DNA of 63,061 nucleotides, filler included, from Rhabdomonas costata (taxonomy: Eukaryota): NCBI GenBank assembly GCA_019059605.1. It is 54 parts of 54 records of this genome, joined end to end, with 100 filler letters (N's around TTAATTAATTAA, not from the genome) between each part and the next. Parts side by side here need not be neighbours in the genome. Positions count along the whole stretch, not along the records: positions 49,133 to 50,202 come from JAHMHO010030241.1; positions 50,303 to 51,372 come from JAHMHO010030242.1; positions 51,473 to 52,531 come from JAHMHO010030243.1; positions 52,632 to 53,702 come from JAHMHO010030244.1; positions 53,803 to 54,872 come from JAHMHO010030245.1; positions 54,973 to 56,042 come from JAHMHO010030246.1; positions 56,143 to 57,212 come from JAHMHO010030247.1; positions 57,313 to 58,381 come from JAHMHO010030248.1; 46 more parts are not named here. One strand, written 5' to 3'. Positions within the stretch are counted from its first letter, which is position 1. Each line of letters starts with the position of its first letter. A model generated the notes under the pieces. It saw nothing but the letters and a program-made list of their open reading frames with translations, searched no databases and was not told where the DNA came from. Made by a program: the position numbers and the translations under genes. Positions 49,137 to 61,754 of this stretch are shown piece after piece.

Positions 49137-49433
49137 GTGGGTCTGGATGGGGGTGTCGAGGACCACCTGATGCCACTTTTGGTCTATGTTGCCGTGCTGA
49201 CTCTCGAAGCCATTTGGGCGGACATTCTCTTCGGAGGCAACTACATCGCCTTTGCGTTCTTCGTTTGGCTGGCAATGCTTGTGCTGCTCTTGATCTGCGC
49301 GGTGGTGTTTTTCCGGATTGCTGTCTTGGCAGGCCTGTTTCTGCTTCCCCAGTGCGCGATCTTTACGTACGGAGTTGCATTTCTCGCTGGACTGTGGTCT
49401 AAGAACGGCGCGGTGTACGTTTACGTTGTATGA
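49137..49433 (+). CDS. TspO/MBR-family membrane protein, C-terminal part (divergent)
   Basis: LLVY..L.L.AIWADILFG..FFRIAVLAGLFLLPQ..LWSKN matches the layout of the last three TSPO helices. Confidence 0.6.
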   Translation: MGLDGGVEDHLMPLLVYVAVLTLEAIWADILFGGNYIAFAFFVWLAMLVLLLICAVVFFRIAVLAGLFLLPQCAIFTYGVAFLAGLWSKNGAVYVYVV

Positions 49434-51104
49434 ACTTCCACCTTTCAGCACTGATGATGACAGGCATTATGTTGTACATTTATGTGAGTGCTTCAGCTCC
49501 TGGTCGACTTGTTTGGGAAATCCATGGTAGTCCCTAGAAGAATTGCACGTGCAAAGGCCACATAAGCCAAACTGTTTACTGTGAGAGAGGAGGGTATGAT
49601 TCCGTTTTTCTCCCATGCACGCGCTACACTGAAGGCTGCATTTCGTTTGCTAAATGAACAGTGGTAGCTGGGCGTTGTTCGCATTAAAAGCCTCTTGCCT
49701 CTAGTGGGACTAATTTTTGAGTTTTCGTGACGAGGACCATCTATAGAGACACATGTGCTCCCTCCCCATAGTTACTACGTACCTCGCCCTTTAACGAAAT
49801 TAAATCATGCAGCACCCCACCACCACACATGCATCATACCGATCACCGACTCCAATTTCTGCTGTGTTTCCGGGTGCTTCTTAGAACCTTATATAGTTCC
49901 ACGTGGGCTTCTGTATGTGAGTATATGTGGTTTACCCCCCCCCCCCTGCATTTTGGAATGACGTCGCAAAGAGGGTACGCTTCGGCGGCGTGCTCAGACC
50001 TCTCTCTGAACTGGTTGGGGGGGGGGGTGTTGCATTACACTTCGCACAGGTGGGCAGGAGAGAATAAAAAAAGCCACCAAAAGGTCTCGAAAGACTTAAG
50101 ACTGCTCTGAGTGCAGATGATAGGGAAGGAAGATGGGGAAAGGTTGGGCTGCTTACTCCGCGCAAGTCTTGTCCGCCCAGAGGTCCATAAAATCAAACAA
50201 ACNNNNNNNNNNNNNNNNNNNNNNNNNNNNNNNNNNNNNNNNNNNNTTAATTAATTAANNNNNNNNNNNNNNNNNNNNNNNNNNNNNNNNNNNNNNNNNN
50301 NNTGTTGTGTGTTAATAACGGGATATTTTCGACAGTGAATTGATACCCGATCGAATCATTTGCAACAGCAACTGACCACGGCCGTCGTAGCTGCAAGACA
50401 TCCACGCTTTCCATTGGTAGACGTCATTCTCAAGATTGAAGGGGGGTATCTGAACGTGGCAGCCTGCTTTTACGGAAGAATCTGAAGACAACAAAGGTTC
50501 CGATTCAACCGAGGATCTGGGATGAGTGTCAGTGTATGCCCACATCCTGATCCCGAGGTGCACGCACGGGACCAGATGCAACAGGTTCTTGGACGCCACA
50601 AACACGTGACACTACACATGCAACTCCTTCCCGGAATACCTGCCATGGGCTGAAAAACGCAAAAAAAAAAACGCCTCTGCCCAGAAAAAGCTGTAATTCC
50701 TGATAGCAGGCAGGCAAGGTGAGTGAAAGCACTGGGCGATAAAAAGCACTCCAGGGAACAGGAAAAGGCTGGAACCAGGAAAGCGACAAAAACCAAGCAA
50801 TTCCAGGAAATGAATCAGCACCAAAAAGCTGAAAGACCGACAGGCACACTGGGGTGGATGCCCCAGGAAGGGTAAGCCGAGCGACATCACAGAACCTTCA
50901 CCAGAGTCAAGTCAAAGCACACGCTTCCTTTGGGTAGCGATGCAAACCTTGAAACCAAACTAACTGCCTAAATGAACACCCAAACGGCCAAAACCTGAAA
51001 GGAAATTCGAATCCTGCATGTAACATAGAACTCTCGTCTGGGAGAGCTTTGCTGCACGGGCAGGCCGAGCGGCCTGCCACAAACGCGGGATGGCAAGACA
51101 TCAT

Positions 51105-51275
51105 TCACTTCTGCTCAAACCGGATCACCCCGTCCCATGTTCTGCCCGGGCTCCGCCCAGCACGGCACAGCTGCAGCAGAACCTGAGTGGGGCCGTCCTC
51201 GGGCACCGTGCGCTGGGCCTGCTCAAACCACCGCATGGCCTCGTCCAAGTCCCCCGAAGCAAAGCAATCCAGGCC
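51105..51275 (-). CDS. Terminal exon of a bacterial-type adenylate/guanylate cyclase (TPR-like tail); not in ORF track
   Basis: cacag|GLDCFASGDLDEAMRWFEQAQRTVPEDGPTQVLLQLC..WDGVIRFEQK*; P.DGP and terminal WDGV....K* are typical of these cyclases. Confidence 0.72.
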   Translation of the reverse strand, partial: GLDCFASGDLDEAMRWFEQAQRTVPEDGPTQVLLQLCRAGRSPGRTWDGVIRFEQK

Positions 51276-51480
51276 CTGTGGCGAGATGGAGACGAGGACG
51301 TGCGGCGAAAGGACATTTCAAAAAACGGGACGCCTTGCGAGCACACATCCTGGGCCGCGCACACAAAAAAACNNNNNNNNNNNNNNNNNNNNNNNNNNNN
51401 NNNNNNNNNNNNNNNNTTAATTAATTAANNNNNNNNNNNNNNNNNNNNNNNNNNNNNNNNNNNNNNNNNNNNGGTGTTTG

Positions 51481-51722
51481 GGATGACTGCTACTGCCACG
51501 GTCGCGTCGCGAAGCATCACCTAACGCACCCCTCCGATCATTTGTCAAGTTATGGTATGATGTGTCCTGTGCTTTTCCAGGACATTTGCTTCGACGCGGA
51601 ACAGAGACAATTTCCGTACCAACCGTTGTGCAACGCCGGGATATGGCCCTTACCTTGACAAATGATCGGAGGGGTGCGTTAGGTGATGCCTCACGACGCG
51701 ACCGTGGCAGTAGCAGTCATCC
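51481..51722. repeat. Inverted repeat, 69-bp arms with ~104-nt spacer
   Basis: Arms 51481-51549 and 51654-51722, two mid-arm mismatches. Confidence 0.9.
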
Positions 51723-52092
51723 GAACCAAATGGAAGCGCGCAAAAATAACGCAGCCCAATCTCACCCTGGATCCACCCCCGACAAGGTGGGCTCACGACG
51801 GAGCTGAGCACATTGAGCAGTACATGAGGACACCCTCCAATTGCAGTGAGGCTGGATCAAAACCGCCTGTTGCTTCAAACACCCAAGGACCACCCACGAA
51901 CTCCAAAGACGCGTCACTGCGCCGCTCCCGCGTGTCAAAGACGAGCGGGAAGCTGCGAAGAACTCGAGCGATGAAAAGGACTCGTGCACAAGAACCTATA
52001 CCCCAGCTCAACTAGGACCACCACCACCCCACTCCTCACAAGGGAAGGAATTCGGTCCACGGCTTGACCGAGTCAATGGCGGGGGCCCCCAC

Positions 52093-52221
52093 CTCGGTGG
52101 CGTGGCTGGCCTCCAGGTGCATCCGCATTTGCCACCGCGGCAAGACTTGCCCACACCGGGCACACCGCACAGAGCGGGCCCCGCACTGCGTGAGGTGGGC
52201 CGGACGGTCCACAAGCGGCAA
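52093..52221 (-). CDS. TRAF-type zinc-finger exon (XAF1/TRAFD1-like)
   Basis: LPLVDRPAHLTQCGARSVRCARCGQVLPRWQMRMHLEASH; cag| and gag|gt; 129 nt. Confidence 0.65.
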
Positions 52222-52679
52222 CTGACGAAGGTCATGCACACGTGAAACACCACACTAGGGAAACAATTTAACGTCGAGAAAGGAACCCACAAAGGAACCC
52301 ATCTCTTGTTTAATCACTGGTCCAACAGTGCAAGGACGGGTGCTCAGCAGCAGAGAGCGAAAATACAACCACAAACAAAATCACAATAAAGGGGCAGTGC
52401 TAGAACACTGAGCTTCTTAACCGTGAACATGCCACCTTCACTCGCGAAGAATAAACAAAGTTATGCGCACATGAGCAGGGGGTAGGCCGACACCGATTTG
52501 AAATGTCCAAGGTAACGAATTAAAAGAAAAANNNNNNNNNNNNNNNNNNNNNNNNNNNNNNNNNNNNNNNNNNNNTTAATTAATTAANNNNNNNNNNNNN
52601 NNNNNNNNNNNNNNNNNNNNNNNNNNNNNNNGGGGGGTGGTGCGGACGATGAAGCCGGATAGGTTAATGGTTAATGGAA

Positions 52680-53580
52680 ATCCAGAGGAGGAGGAGTTTC
52701 TGAGCAAGTATTTCGAGTTGGTAGGACTTCCAGACCATCCCCCGATAGTGGCGTGCCCCAGAGTAAGAGTGAAGCATCCAGGTACGTTGTCTACAGAGGT
52801 CCAGAGCAAAGTGTTACATCCATTCAAGTTTGTTGTGAGGTCTACAAACCGATGTCACTTGGGACAGCATGTGGGGAATTCACGTTTCCAGACAGAGGAC
52901 AAGGTGGACCACTGTGCCGTGGTCGAGTGCTTGTATTACTTAGTGTATGGGTTGCCATGTTCCAGAGTGGGAAGTTTCACAAATGACCGGTACCCGACGT
53001 TTATCAGACACTTTGCCCTTGACGAGAGGAGGTCAATTCCACAGAAGCCAGGGAGCGGAGAAAGAGCAAGTACCTAACATATTTTGGATCCACACCTGGT
53101 TGAGGTTCTTGAGAGTGCACAGAGCCGGAGAGTTTCAGAGATGGAAGATCTTTTCCACAGATGGTGTTGATCAGATCTCAGGTTTTGTGACTGATTCCAG
53201 AGATGTGCCATGTGGATTGTGATTCCAGATGTGTGTGCGGTTGCGTGGTGTTTCCAGAGGGTATGTGGCGTGTTTCCAGAACGTGTTGCGTGATGTGGTG
53301 TCTTTCAAGAGCCTGTATTGTCTGCGTGTTGCAAAGCGAGTGGAAGGAGGTCTGGTGAAGAGATATTCCAGAGGACGAGTTTGCGAGTGTGATTTTCCAC
53401 AGTTTTCCAGAGCTGGACCGTCATGAGTGATCTCCGTAGCCCGCCTGTTGTTCTCCGTCCTAGCAGTGGAGCGTGAAACGGTCCAGGTCACCAAGGTGTT
53501 CCTCATTCCAGAGGTAGACAGCCTTGACATCAAGGTGTTTCCAGAGACTAGTTTCCAGAGGTTTCATAGAGATTCCAGAG
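52680..53580 (+). repeat. Irregular same-strand cluster of TTCCAGAG motifs
   Basis: Exact copies at 52960, 53195, 53252, 53366, 53405, 53506, 53539, 53553 and 53573, plus about ten one-mismatch variants. Confidence 0.85.
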
Positions 53581-55638
53581 AGCCGACAAGGTGAGCGGAG
53601 ACGGAAGTCGAATCTCAGCCTCTCGTGAGCCAGCTCCTGGCCAAACGCTAGGTCAGGCTACCTATCCACAGCTGGGCGAGAGAGCAGAGCAGAGTAGGGC
53701 CANNNNNNNNNNNNNNNNNNNNNNNNNNNNNNNNNNNNNNNNNNNNTTAATTAATTAANNNNNNNNNNNNNNNNNNNNNNNNNNNNNNNNNNNNNNNNNN
53801 NNGGGTGGGGGTGTGCTCTGGGCTGCGGTGGCTGAACCACCGTCTGTGTGAACCTGGGGACCCGGCCCCGTTGAGGCGCCAGAAGGTCTCCCTGGGCTTC
53901 TTCCTCATCGGGGGCTGGCCTTTGCCGCTCATCATGGGAGTGCTGTCGTGGTGGGCTATGGGGTTTCGAACCGCCATTGGGCCCATGATTTCTCTGTCAT
54001 ACGACTTTGGGTGTCTCCTTCCGGTGATGGGGGATGGAAGTATTCGGTCGCTCACCTTGATCGACGGGTTTTCGTCCTTTTCGCTGTCTTCAGTATTTTA
54101 CTTTAGGTGCGTTGCTTTTCTTCTTCGTGGCTTTGCTTCTGGATGGCTGCCCAGATGTCACCCCGGACGGCGGACCTACGGATGTGCAGTCAGGTGCACA
54201 GAGACAGGAGGGTCTCCTTTCCACGCCTACAGCACGACAGCCCTGGGCTGACCAATGGCAAGGCCAAGGGGAAGGTCCAATTCCAGAACATACCCGGCCG
54301 GGGCCGCGGAATCAGCACCTCTGAAGGGCATCCATCTGAACTCCAGCGACAACAATGCGCAATGCCCATTATGGATAGCCTCTACCATGATACCATGATG
54401 GTGTCCACCCCGAGCTGGATGAAGCAGGAGGCTATCATGGGTCGAAGCGAGAACAAATGGAATAAATGAGTGCTGGCGCACCGTGCAGATGGCCAAGCCA
54501 GAGCAAAGTGGGCTCTACCCTTTGGTATGCTAAGCAGGCCCAGCCTGAAATAGTGTGCAGGCTTGCAAAAGCCCAAAAAGCGCACCCCAGGCCCTGGAAA
54601 AGTCGAGAATGCTCTTAAAAGGGCCAAAATTGGACCTTGAAAGGGTCATATCTTGGCATAGAGAAGGTGTCCGGGGCCGGGCCAACCACCTCATTTCAGG
54701 AGGACCTCTCGCGAGCACCCGTGTGGCCACCAGCGCGTGCGCTCATCAGTCCACAGTTTCAACCAACAGTCATTGAGGCAACAGTCAGCGCGCGATGCGC
54801 CCAAAACTCGCACACTCTCCTGCGAAGCCAACTGTCTCCATCAATGAATTCAGGTATTGCACCCAACAAAACNNNNNNNNNNNNNNNNNNNNNNNNNNNN
54901 NNNNNNNNNNNNNNNNTTAATTAATTAANNNNNNNNNNNNNNNNNNNNNNNNNNNNNNNNNNNNNNNNNNNNTTTGTTGTGTTCCTCCGATTTTTCGATC
55001 CCCCCTTTGGTGTTTGTGTTTGTTGTCACGTCCATATGCTTGCCGTGGCAGGCCCGCCGACCCTCTACTCAAGCCCCCGGCTCTCCTCATCCGTGAGCTG
55101 GTTGTAACCGACTCCACGAAAATGGAGTTAGGTATGGACCGTCTTGTCGTGAAGGCCAAGGGTAGCTTTGCCCATACTGTTGTGAGAATACGTTCTCACG
55201 CTGCGGCTATCGGCTGCAGCTCTTGGTTTCTTTGTCGTTGCTTTATCGGTCCAGGAAGCAGCCGCCAGTTAGGATGACGCTCAGAGTAACTGAGGTTTCA
55301 CCGCTTTCCAGATGACCTGTTCACAGATCACATCACGAACTTGTCCTTTGTGTTCCGGAACCCTCTCCCACCCCACCCCAATGACACGTTTTTGCGGACT
55401 ATATACGCCACCACGACTCCAAAACTGCACTGTACAATGACCTGGACCCCGGGGCCTCTCGTTATGAGACGATTGTCTTTTCCTGTCTTCTGTGGCAAAG
55501 CAAAAGTTTGCGCAGCAAACAGATAAATAGAATGCCCAGTCGAAGAGTCTGTAACTTTAGTACAGGTGATCGGACGAGAGCAAAATTTCCACTTTGGGTA
55601 TGAGAATAAGAGAATAAGTGTGGTTCTTTGGTGCGCAG

Positions 55639-55691
55639 CGGTTGCCGGGTACTCCATTGGCGAGACGTCCAACTTCGCGGCTCGCCTGCAG
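55639..55691 (+). CDS. Possible class III cyclase micro-exon
   Basis: VAGYSIGETSNFAARLQ resembles Y..GDTVN.AARL; very short. Confidence 0.35.
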
Positions 55692-56142
55692 GCCTCCATG
55701 GCCGCTGCGCGGCACCATGGTCGCAGCGCGTTTCTTATCTTTCAAAAAGGAACTGGTGAAGAAGAGGACCTACTGCGGATGCAGCTGGCTCATTATTTCA
55801 GTCATAGAGATCTCCTGAGCAGGCTGGGAAGAATGCAACTGAAGATCCTACGAATTACAATGCAACCCCCCTGAAAAATTTCTGCAAGTGAGTTCTTGAA
55901 ACCAAAGAGAAACGTGAGGACATCCAGTTCAAGCCACCCAAAAACAAAAAGCATTTTGGACATTTTGTCCGAGGTTCGGAACCCGCTGACAAAACTCTGG
56001 ATAGGGCAGCGCGGGGGGCAAGTTCCCCATACAAACACCCCCNNNNNNNNNNNNNNNNNNNNNNNNNNNNNNNNNNNNNNNNNNNNTTAATTAATTAANN
56101 NNNNNNNNNNNNNNNNNNNNNNNNNNNNNNNNNNNNNNNNNN

Positions 56143-56616
56143 GGGTGGACAGCCTCGTAGTCCTGCAGCGTCCAGAAAATGTCATCAAAGCGTGGACCCT
56201 TGACGAGACAGACCGGCCAGCGATCCCCACTGCGATAGAGAACACCCTCTTCGCCCCAGCCGAAGGATGGTCCGCGGAACACCTGGAACCCCGGGTCGTT
56301 AACCAAAACAACCAGGGGTCCGCCCGTCTTCAGGGCTCTATAGGACTCCCGTGCAGCATGGGCCAGCTCCTCTTGGGAGGTCATGGTGCACCACACCCAA
56401 GTCGAGATGACGGCATCCACGCTGTTGCCTGGAACGATCGAGGAGAGCGGGGCTGAGGGGCTTGCAAGGTGGTACTCCCCGCCGGGATCGTCGCCGGCGG
56501 CCTGGCTCACCATTGCCTCGGAAGCGTCCACCCCAACAACATCTGCGCCGTAGGCGGCCTTCAGAAACCTGGCAACCCGGCCCGGGCCACAGCCATAGTC
56601 AAGGATCCTCTGCTCG
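56143..56616 (-). CDS. Class I SAM-dependent methyltransferase (partial)
   Basis: RILDYGCGPGR..VVGVDASEAMV..SVDAVIS..YRALKTGG; extends upstream of the tracked ORF to an acceptor at 56617-56618. Confidence 0.88.
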
Positions 56617-58729
56617 CTTCGGATTTAGGGGAAGAGGGGAAGAGCCAGTCCCAACTACCCACTTAAATGACTGTTTTGGAAGCACGTGGAGCGGAACCAG
56701 AAACAAACACTTCCTATGAATGGAGGTTCAACAAATTATAAATTCGGATGACCCGGGGTGGTTCGGCGTTGAAAAGGACTGCAGTCGGCAGATAAGGTGC
56801 CATTCGAGGGATCGGCTCTCAATCTGCCTCCTTTTTGCCGTTAAGTGAACTTAAACCGACGCCTATACTGAGGTCTTGTCAAGCCTAGCGCGATAATGAA
56901 TGATTGCGAAGCGCGGAACACTTTTTGTAAGCTGACTTTCAACCCTGGAGGATTGGAACCCCTGCACGCACTCCGAAACCGAAGCCACAGCCTTGCTTCC
57001 CCGCCAAGCTGGGTGCCAGCCTGCTCCGGAGCTGCAGCACCATGGGAAGGTAGCCCACGGCCATCCAGGGCCATACCTCGCGCAGTTCCCCAGCCATGCC
57101 CACGTAGGATGGCGAGAGCGCATTCCAAAGCGCAGTTCCAACCTCGGAAGACATCCCTGCTGTCTGTTTCGGGGCTAATAAAACAAAGCTGTTGAGAAGA
57201 AGCAAAACACCCNNNNNNNNNNNNNNNNNNNNNNNNNNNNNNNNNNNNNNNNNNNNTTAATTAATTAANNNNNNNNNNNNNNNNNNNNNNNNNNNNNNNN
57301 NNNNNNNNNNNNGCCGAGCCCTGCGCGGTGGAGCTGTAGCGGCGGGCAGAGGAGGTGCCGGCCTGACGGGCGGAGGGGGGCTCCCCTCGCGCGGACTTAG
57401 GCACTGGTGTGGTGGGCCTCTCGCAGTCGCAGAGCAGGGTCACCTCCAGACCCAGGCTGTGCGTTTGAGTGGTATGATGGCATGACCAGATGTTTAGGGA
57501 ATACACAATTGAGGTACGAAAGAAAGAACATTAATGGAACAAGAAATGCTGATCTAGACACTACCTGGCGGGTAAGCGAGCATAGAATATCAAGCGATCG
57601 AGAGGGAGAAAGACACATACACACACACGCATACACACACAAACATACACACGTACACACGCATACAACCGCGGTTTGACAGAACTTCAATTTTTTGCAA
57701 TGACCCAGTTTAGGGCTGGGTCACATTGGAGACATCTCCCGCCTTACCCGCCTTTTCTGCTGACCACAGTGCCACAACCGCGGCGCTCTCCTTCGCACTC
57801 TTCGCTGCGGTACCCCACTTTAAGACCCTCCTTGAATCCTGCCCAGCTCTCACTCGCATCCTGTCCAATCGAAACCTTGTCCGAGTCCCGGTAGTATTTC
57901 TCTATGGGTAAGAACCAGGGACCTGTCTTTGGCCTCCGCATCCAACCACCCACAGGCAGACACACACTGACTTGTTTGGAGAGATTGGCAGATTGACATC
58001 CTTTCGCGGAGTTGACGAGAGTGATATGTCTGTGTGATGGTTCAGCGTGTTCGGAGGCGTGCGTGGCCCCGCAATGATTTCATACCGTGCACCCTCGATC
58101 GCCTCGGACACAGCCACTCACAGGCAGACATACACACATTGTGCACTTGGCCAGGACTTTTTTCTGGGGAAGACTCGCGTTTCTCTTCCCCCCCGGGCTC
58201 CCCACTCTCGATGGGGCATGGGCCCATCGGGCCTCACCCCCTTCTCGCCTCGCTGCCTCACGTTACTCTCCCCTGCCTCACAGGGTTCGTGTCCCCCTCG
58301 GGACGTATGAACGTGGGTGTACGCGGGGCCTTGGGAACCCCGACTGGCGCGTGTAGAGTGCTCTTCACGGGCGCCCAACCCNNNNNNNNNNNNNNNNNNN
58401 NNNNNNNNNNNNNNNNNNNNNNNNNTTAATTAATTAANNNNNNNNNNNNNNNNNNNNNNNNNNNNNNNNNNNNNNNNNNNNTGTGGTTGGTCTTTTGTCT
58501 TCAGCCAAATGCGCCAAATACGGCATGTGAATCTGAAGCTGCTGAGTGGTCGCGTTGGTCTGAGACTGAGAATGGATAGAGTCGGTTCTTGCATACAGCA
58601 TTCCTGCGGCGCCGGGGTGAATTGTGTTGCGACTTTTCCTGTTTCCTTATTGGGTTTTGGTTGTTTGGTCTTTGTTTTCAGGACATGAGCAAGTTTGACA
58701 GGACTACCAAAGTTCGTGCTGGAGAGTTC

Positions 58730-59400
58730 CGAATGGAACAGGTTCCATGATGTTGTGTGCTTTCTTATTGGGATATTCATTTTGTCATATCTCTTCTGTA
58801 CTCACCCCGTCTCAAAACGCGAATTATGCTTATTCATGAACTCACATGTACGCGCACACATATATCAGAAGAAGTCAGCTGTTGGCAACACTTGGGGGCC
58901 TTGCCAGTGTGCCAACTTCCATAATTATTCTTTTTGTAAGGCCGGCAAGGTCCAGAAGTCCCCAAAATCCGTGGCCTGTAGGGCAGCTTCAGATCGAAGC
59001 TGGCTCACTCCGGGGCCAGCATGAATTACTTCTGGGTTATACTCTTGGGTTATGCTGAACAGCCCTCCGAAAACTTGGTTCAGTTTAGACCTGCTTCGAC
59101 CCAGAAACCTCCCTTGAACATACGGCTGAGTCGAGGATGCCTTAAAAAGGCCCAAAATGGGGCCTTCAAAATCTCTGCAGCCAAATCTAGGAAGCCGGCT
59201 GTTAACTCAACTTAGAAGTACTTTCATCTCACCAGTATGGGCTACAATCGGGTAGTCGAACCCGATAGTTCAAATTATTTCACTCCTGCCAGGTTCTCCC
59301 ATACGCCCCAGTTGTGAAAAGTCGCCCAGCAGCTAGGGCGCAAATCGAGCCTTCGCATGCATCCTCGCCAGTAGACTAGTAGACTAGGGGTGTTTGGATC
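58730..59400 (-). pseudogene. Possible decayed LINE C-terminal zinc-binding (zf-RVT-like) region
   Basis: KE*LWKLAH....LPTAD at 58874-58924, followed by an ESTQH...C remnant; multiple stops. Confidence 0.33.
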
Positions 59401-60164
59401 CTCCAATGCTCCTTTTGTCCTCCGGTCATGTGGGCCTGGTCCACCACCCGAATTGCTGCTTTCGCACAGGGTATTAAGCTGATGCCGCCCGGAATCACTC
59501 GGGTTATGCTGGTATGAAAGCAGCAATTCGGGTGGTGGACCAGGCCCACACNNNNNNNNNNNNNNNNNNNNNNNNNNNNNNNNNNNNNNNNNNNNTTAAT
59601 TAATTAANNNNNNNNNNNNNNNNNNNNNNNNNNNNNNNNNNNNNNNNNNNNGTTTGTTGGGATCCTACAAAGAAGGAACAAAAAAAATACACCCGTGCGC
59701 AAAACGCGCGAAACAAATCTCCATCCCGTTGAATGGGAAAAGATGTAAGATTTCTCATGTATGAGGTGCGGAACTTTCATTCGCTGATTCCTTCACAACA
59801 CAACAATCGCGGAAAGGGAGAGTTAGGCTTGACTATTTTTACTCCCCACTTCCTTTCAACGGCGCATTGCAGAGGAAAGGGGGGTTCTCTTGGTAAGTAT
59901 GGGCAGCCGAGGAAAGGGGAGACCTCTTTCCTCGGGTACGTGTGGGCACCCCCGAACGGGGTCGCGCGCGAACAAAAGCCTCCGCATAAACTGCCAAAAT
60001 AGTCTTGTGCGCATGGCGCCGTCACTTTGATGTGTCTTTGGTTATTGGCTTGCAATAAATACGACCTACTCGAGTGAGCGTACAGCAATGTCTTGTGGGC
60101 ACCCAGCGGTCAACCACAACCCGTTGTGACCAAAGGATGGTGCCCTCGACACACTGCCACATAC

Positions 60165-60239
60165 CATCGCATTGGGGTTGGCATTTCTGCTCAGCAGGGT
60201 GGACACCACCTCCTCCAGCTGCGGCTGTACTGTGGTGCT
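60165..60239 (-). CDS. Possible ankyrin-repeat micro-exon
   Basis: tag|STTVQPQLEEVVSTLLSRNANPNAM|gtatgt; 75 nt. Confidence 0.45.
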
Positions 60240-61554
60240 CTATGCGGGGTTGCATAACGCCAAAGACACAGCGAAGAAGACCCACCACAGCTCACGGGCA
60301 GAAGTTGGGAGGAGTCGAAGTGGCAGGGTGTGAGATAAAAAGTAAGCTTGACGGGTTCTGCACATTTTCTCCTGCCCTTTCCTGAGCGTTTGAGTGGAAA
60401 CTCGAGAGTATGCTATGGCTTATACCAAAAAAAAACAATCGAATAGGTTCCCCCGTAATTGCCTTGTGCTCCTCTACAAGTGGTGAGATGGGACGACAAT
60501 CTGCTATCAAAAGCGGATTCTTCCGAGACGTCTGAGGCTGAGTCATGGTGGATGCAAAGGCGCAGAAAAAGCCACCATTCGTCCTTCTTTTACCCAACGT
60601 TTTGTGCTGCTGTGACGAAACGCTCAGCATTTTGCAAAATCTCAATTGTAACTTGAGCGACACAAATTCAAGTGTTTAAGTGTTGGAAAAGCCAACAAAA
60701 CTTACTATCATACTAAAACCANNNNNNNNNNNNNNNNNNNNNNNNNNNNNNNNNNNNNNNNNNNNTTAATTAATTAANNNNNNNNNNNNNNNNNNNNNNN
60801 NNNNNNNNNNNNNNNNNNNNNTTCAGATTCTGCTGGATGGGGGGGCCTCGGCAAATGCAATACAGGTGAGCATGCGTGCTTTTGTGCATGGCTCGGAAGG
60901 GGTTCTAGGGTATCTATGATGGACGTTGTTGGCAGAAGTTCTTTCCGCTCGGGCAGTGCATGGATGCTTGCAAGTGTGCGGTGCAAAATATTTTTCAAGC
61001 GGGAATGTCTCACTGGGCATCAATGAGGGGTAGCTCTGGAAGACTTTTCTCTGATTCTTTTTGAGATCCGGAGATCTGAATGTCGCCTCAATGTTTACTG
61101 TTTGCTGAGTTTCGATGTGGAATCCTTGCACGGCGACGTTATACCTCTGGCTTTATTCATCGTTCGGCATCCATTCTTTACCTTCAAACCGTACATTTAC
61201 GATGTAGCCTGCTTTTTTCTGGACGTTTTGGAAAATATAATCGAGTTCGCTGTGGCAATTGATGGTGTGTTAAAAATCGGCAGGCAGGGTCGAAGGGGAT
61301 GCGCAGTCCTCGCTCGCCATTTTCAGCACCCCTGAGGTTTACGGCATCAGCAATATTGCATCGCAAGCGAATATGTGCCCATCCGAAAGTATACCGCTGA
61401 TATATGCATTCTGATAGAACCCCCGTAAAAACTTGCGTTACGTTAACTTAAAACTTGAGTTGAACTAAGAAGAAGCCCCAAGCAACTGCTGTTGCCATGC
61501 CCTTCAGCAGTTCCGCCCCCTTCCTCCCCCGCAAAACAAGGCAGAGAATGTCGC

Positions 61555-61754
61555 CCCACGTAAACAGGCCCTCCCCAGCGCACAGGGCAAAGCTGTGGCG
61601 GTGGCCCACCCCCATGTCCGTTACCCGAGCGCTGGGCAGGCCTGAGACCAGCGTGGGCTGCCCCTGGCGGTCGACAAAGTCGCCGTGGCCCAGCTGCCCG
61701 TACTTGTTGGACCCAAACGTGTACAGCCTGAGGCCCCCCCCTCCCGATCGAAAC
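61555..61754 (-). CDS. RCC1-repeat protein exon
   Basis: LYTFGSNKYGQLGHGD..PTLVSGL..VTDMGVGHRHSFAL..LFTWG. Confidence 0.88.

Noticed and set aside
52680-53580. TTCCAGAG cluster as a CRISPR array
   Set aside because: The repeat is only 8 nt, spacing is irregular, no cas genes are present and the context is eukaryotic.
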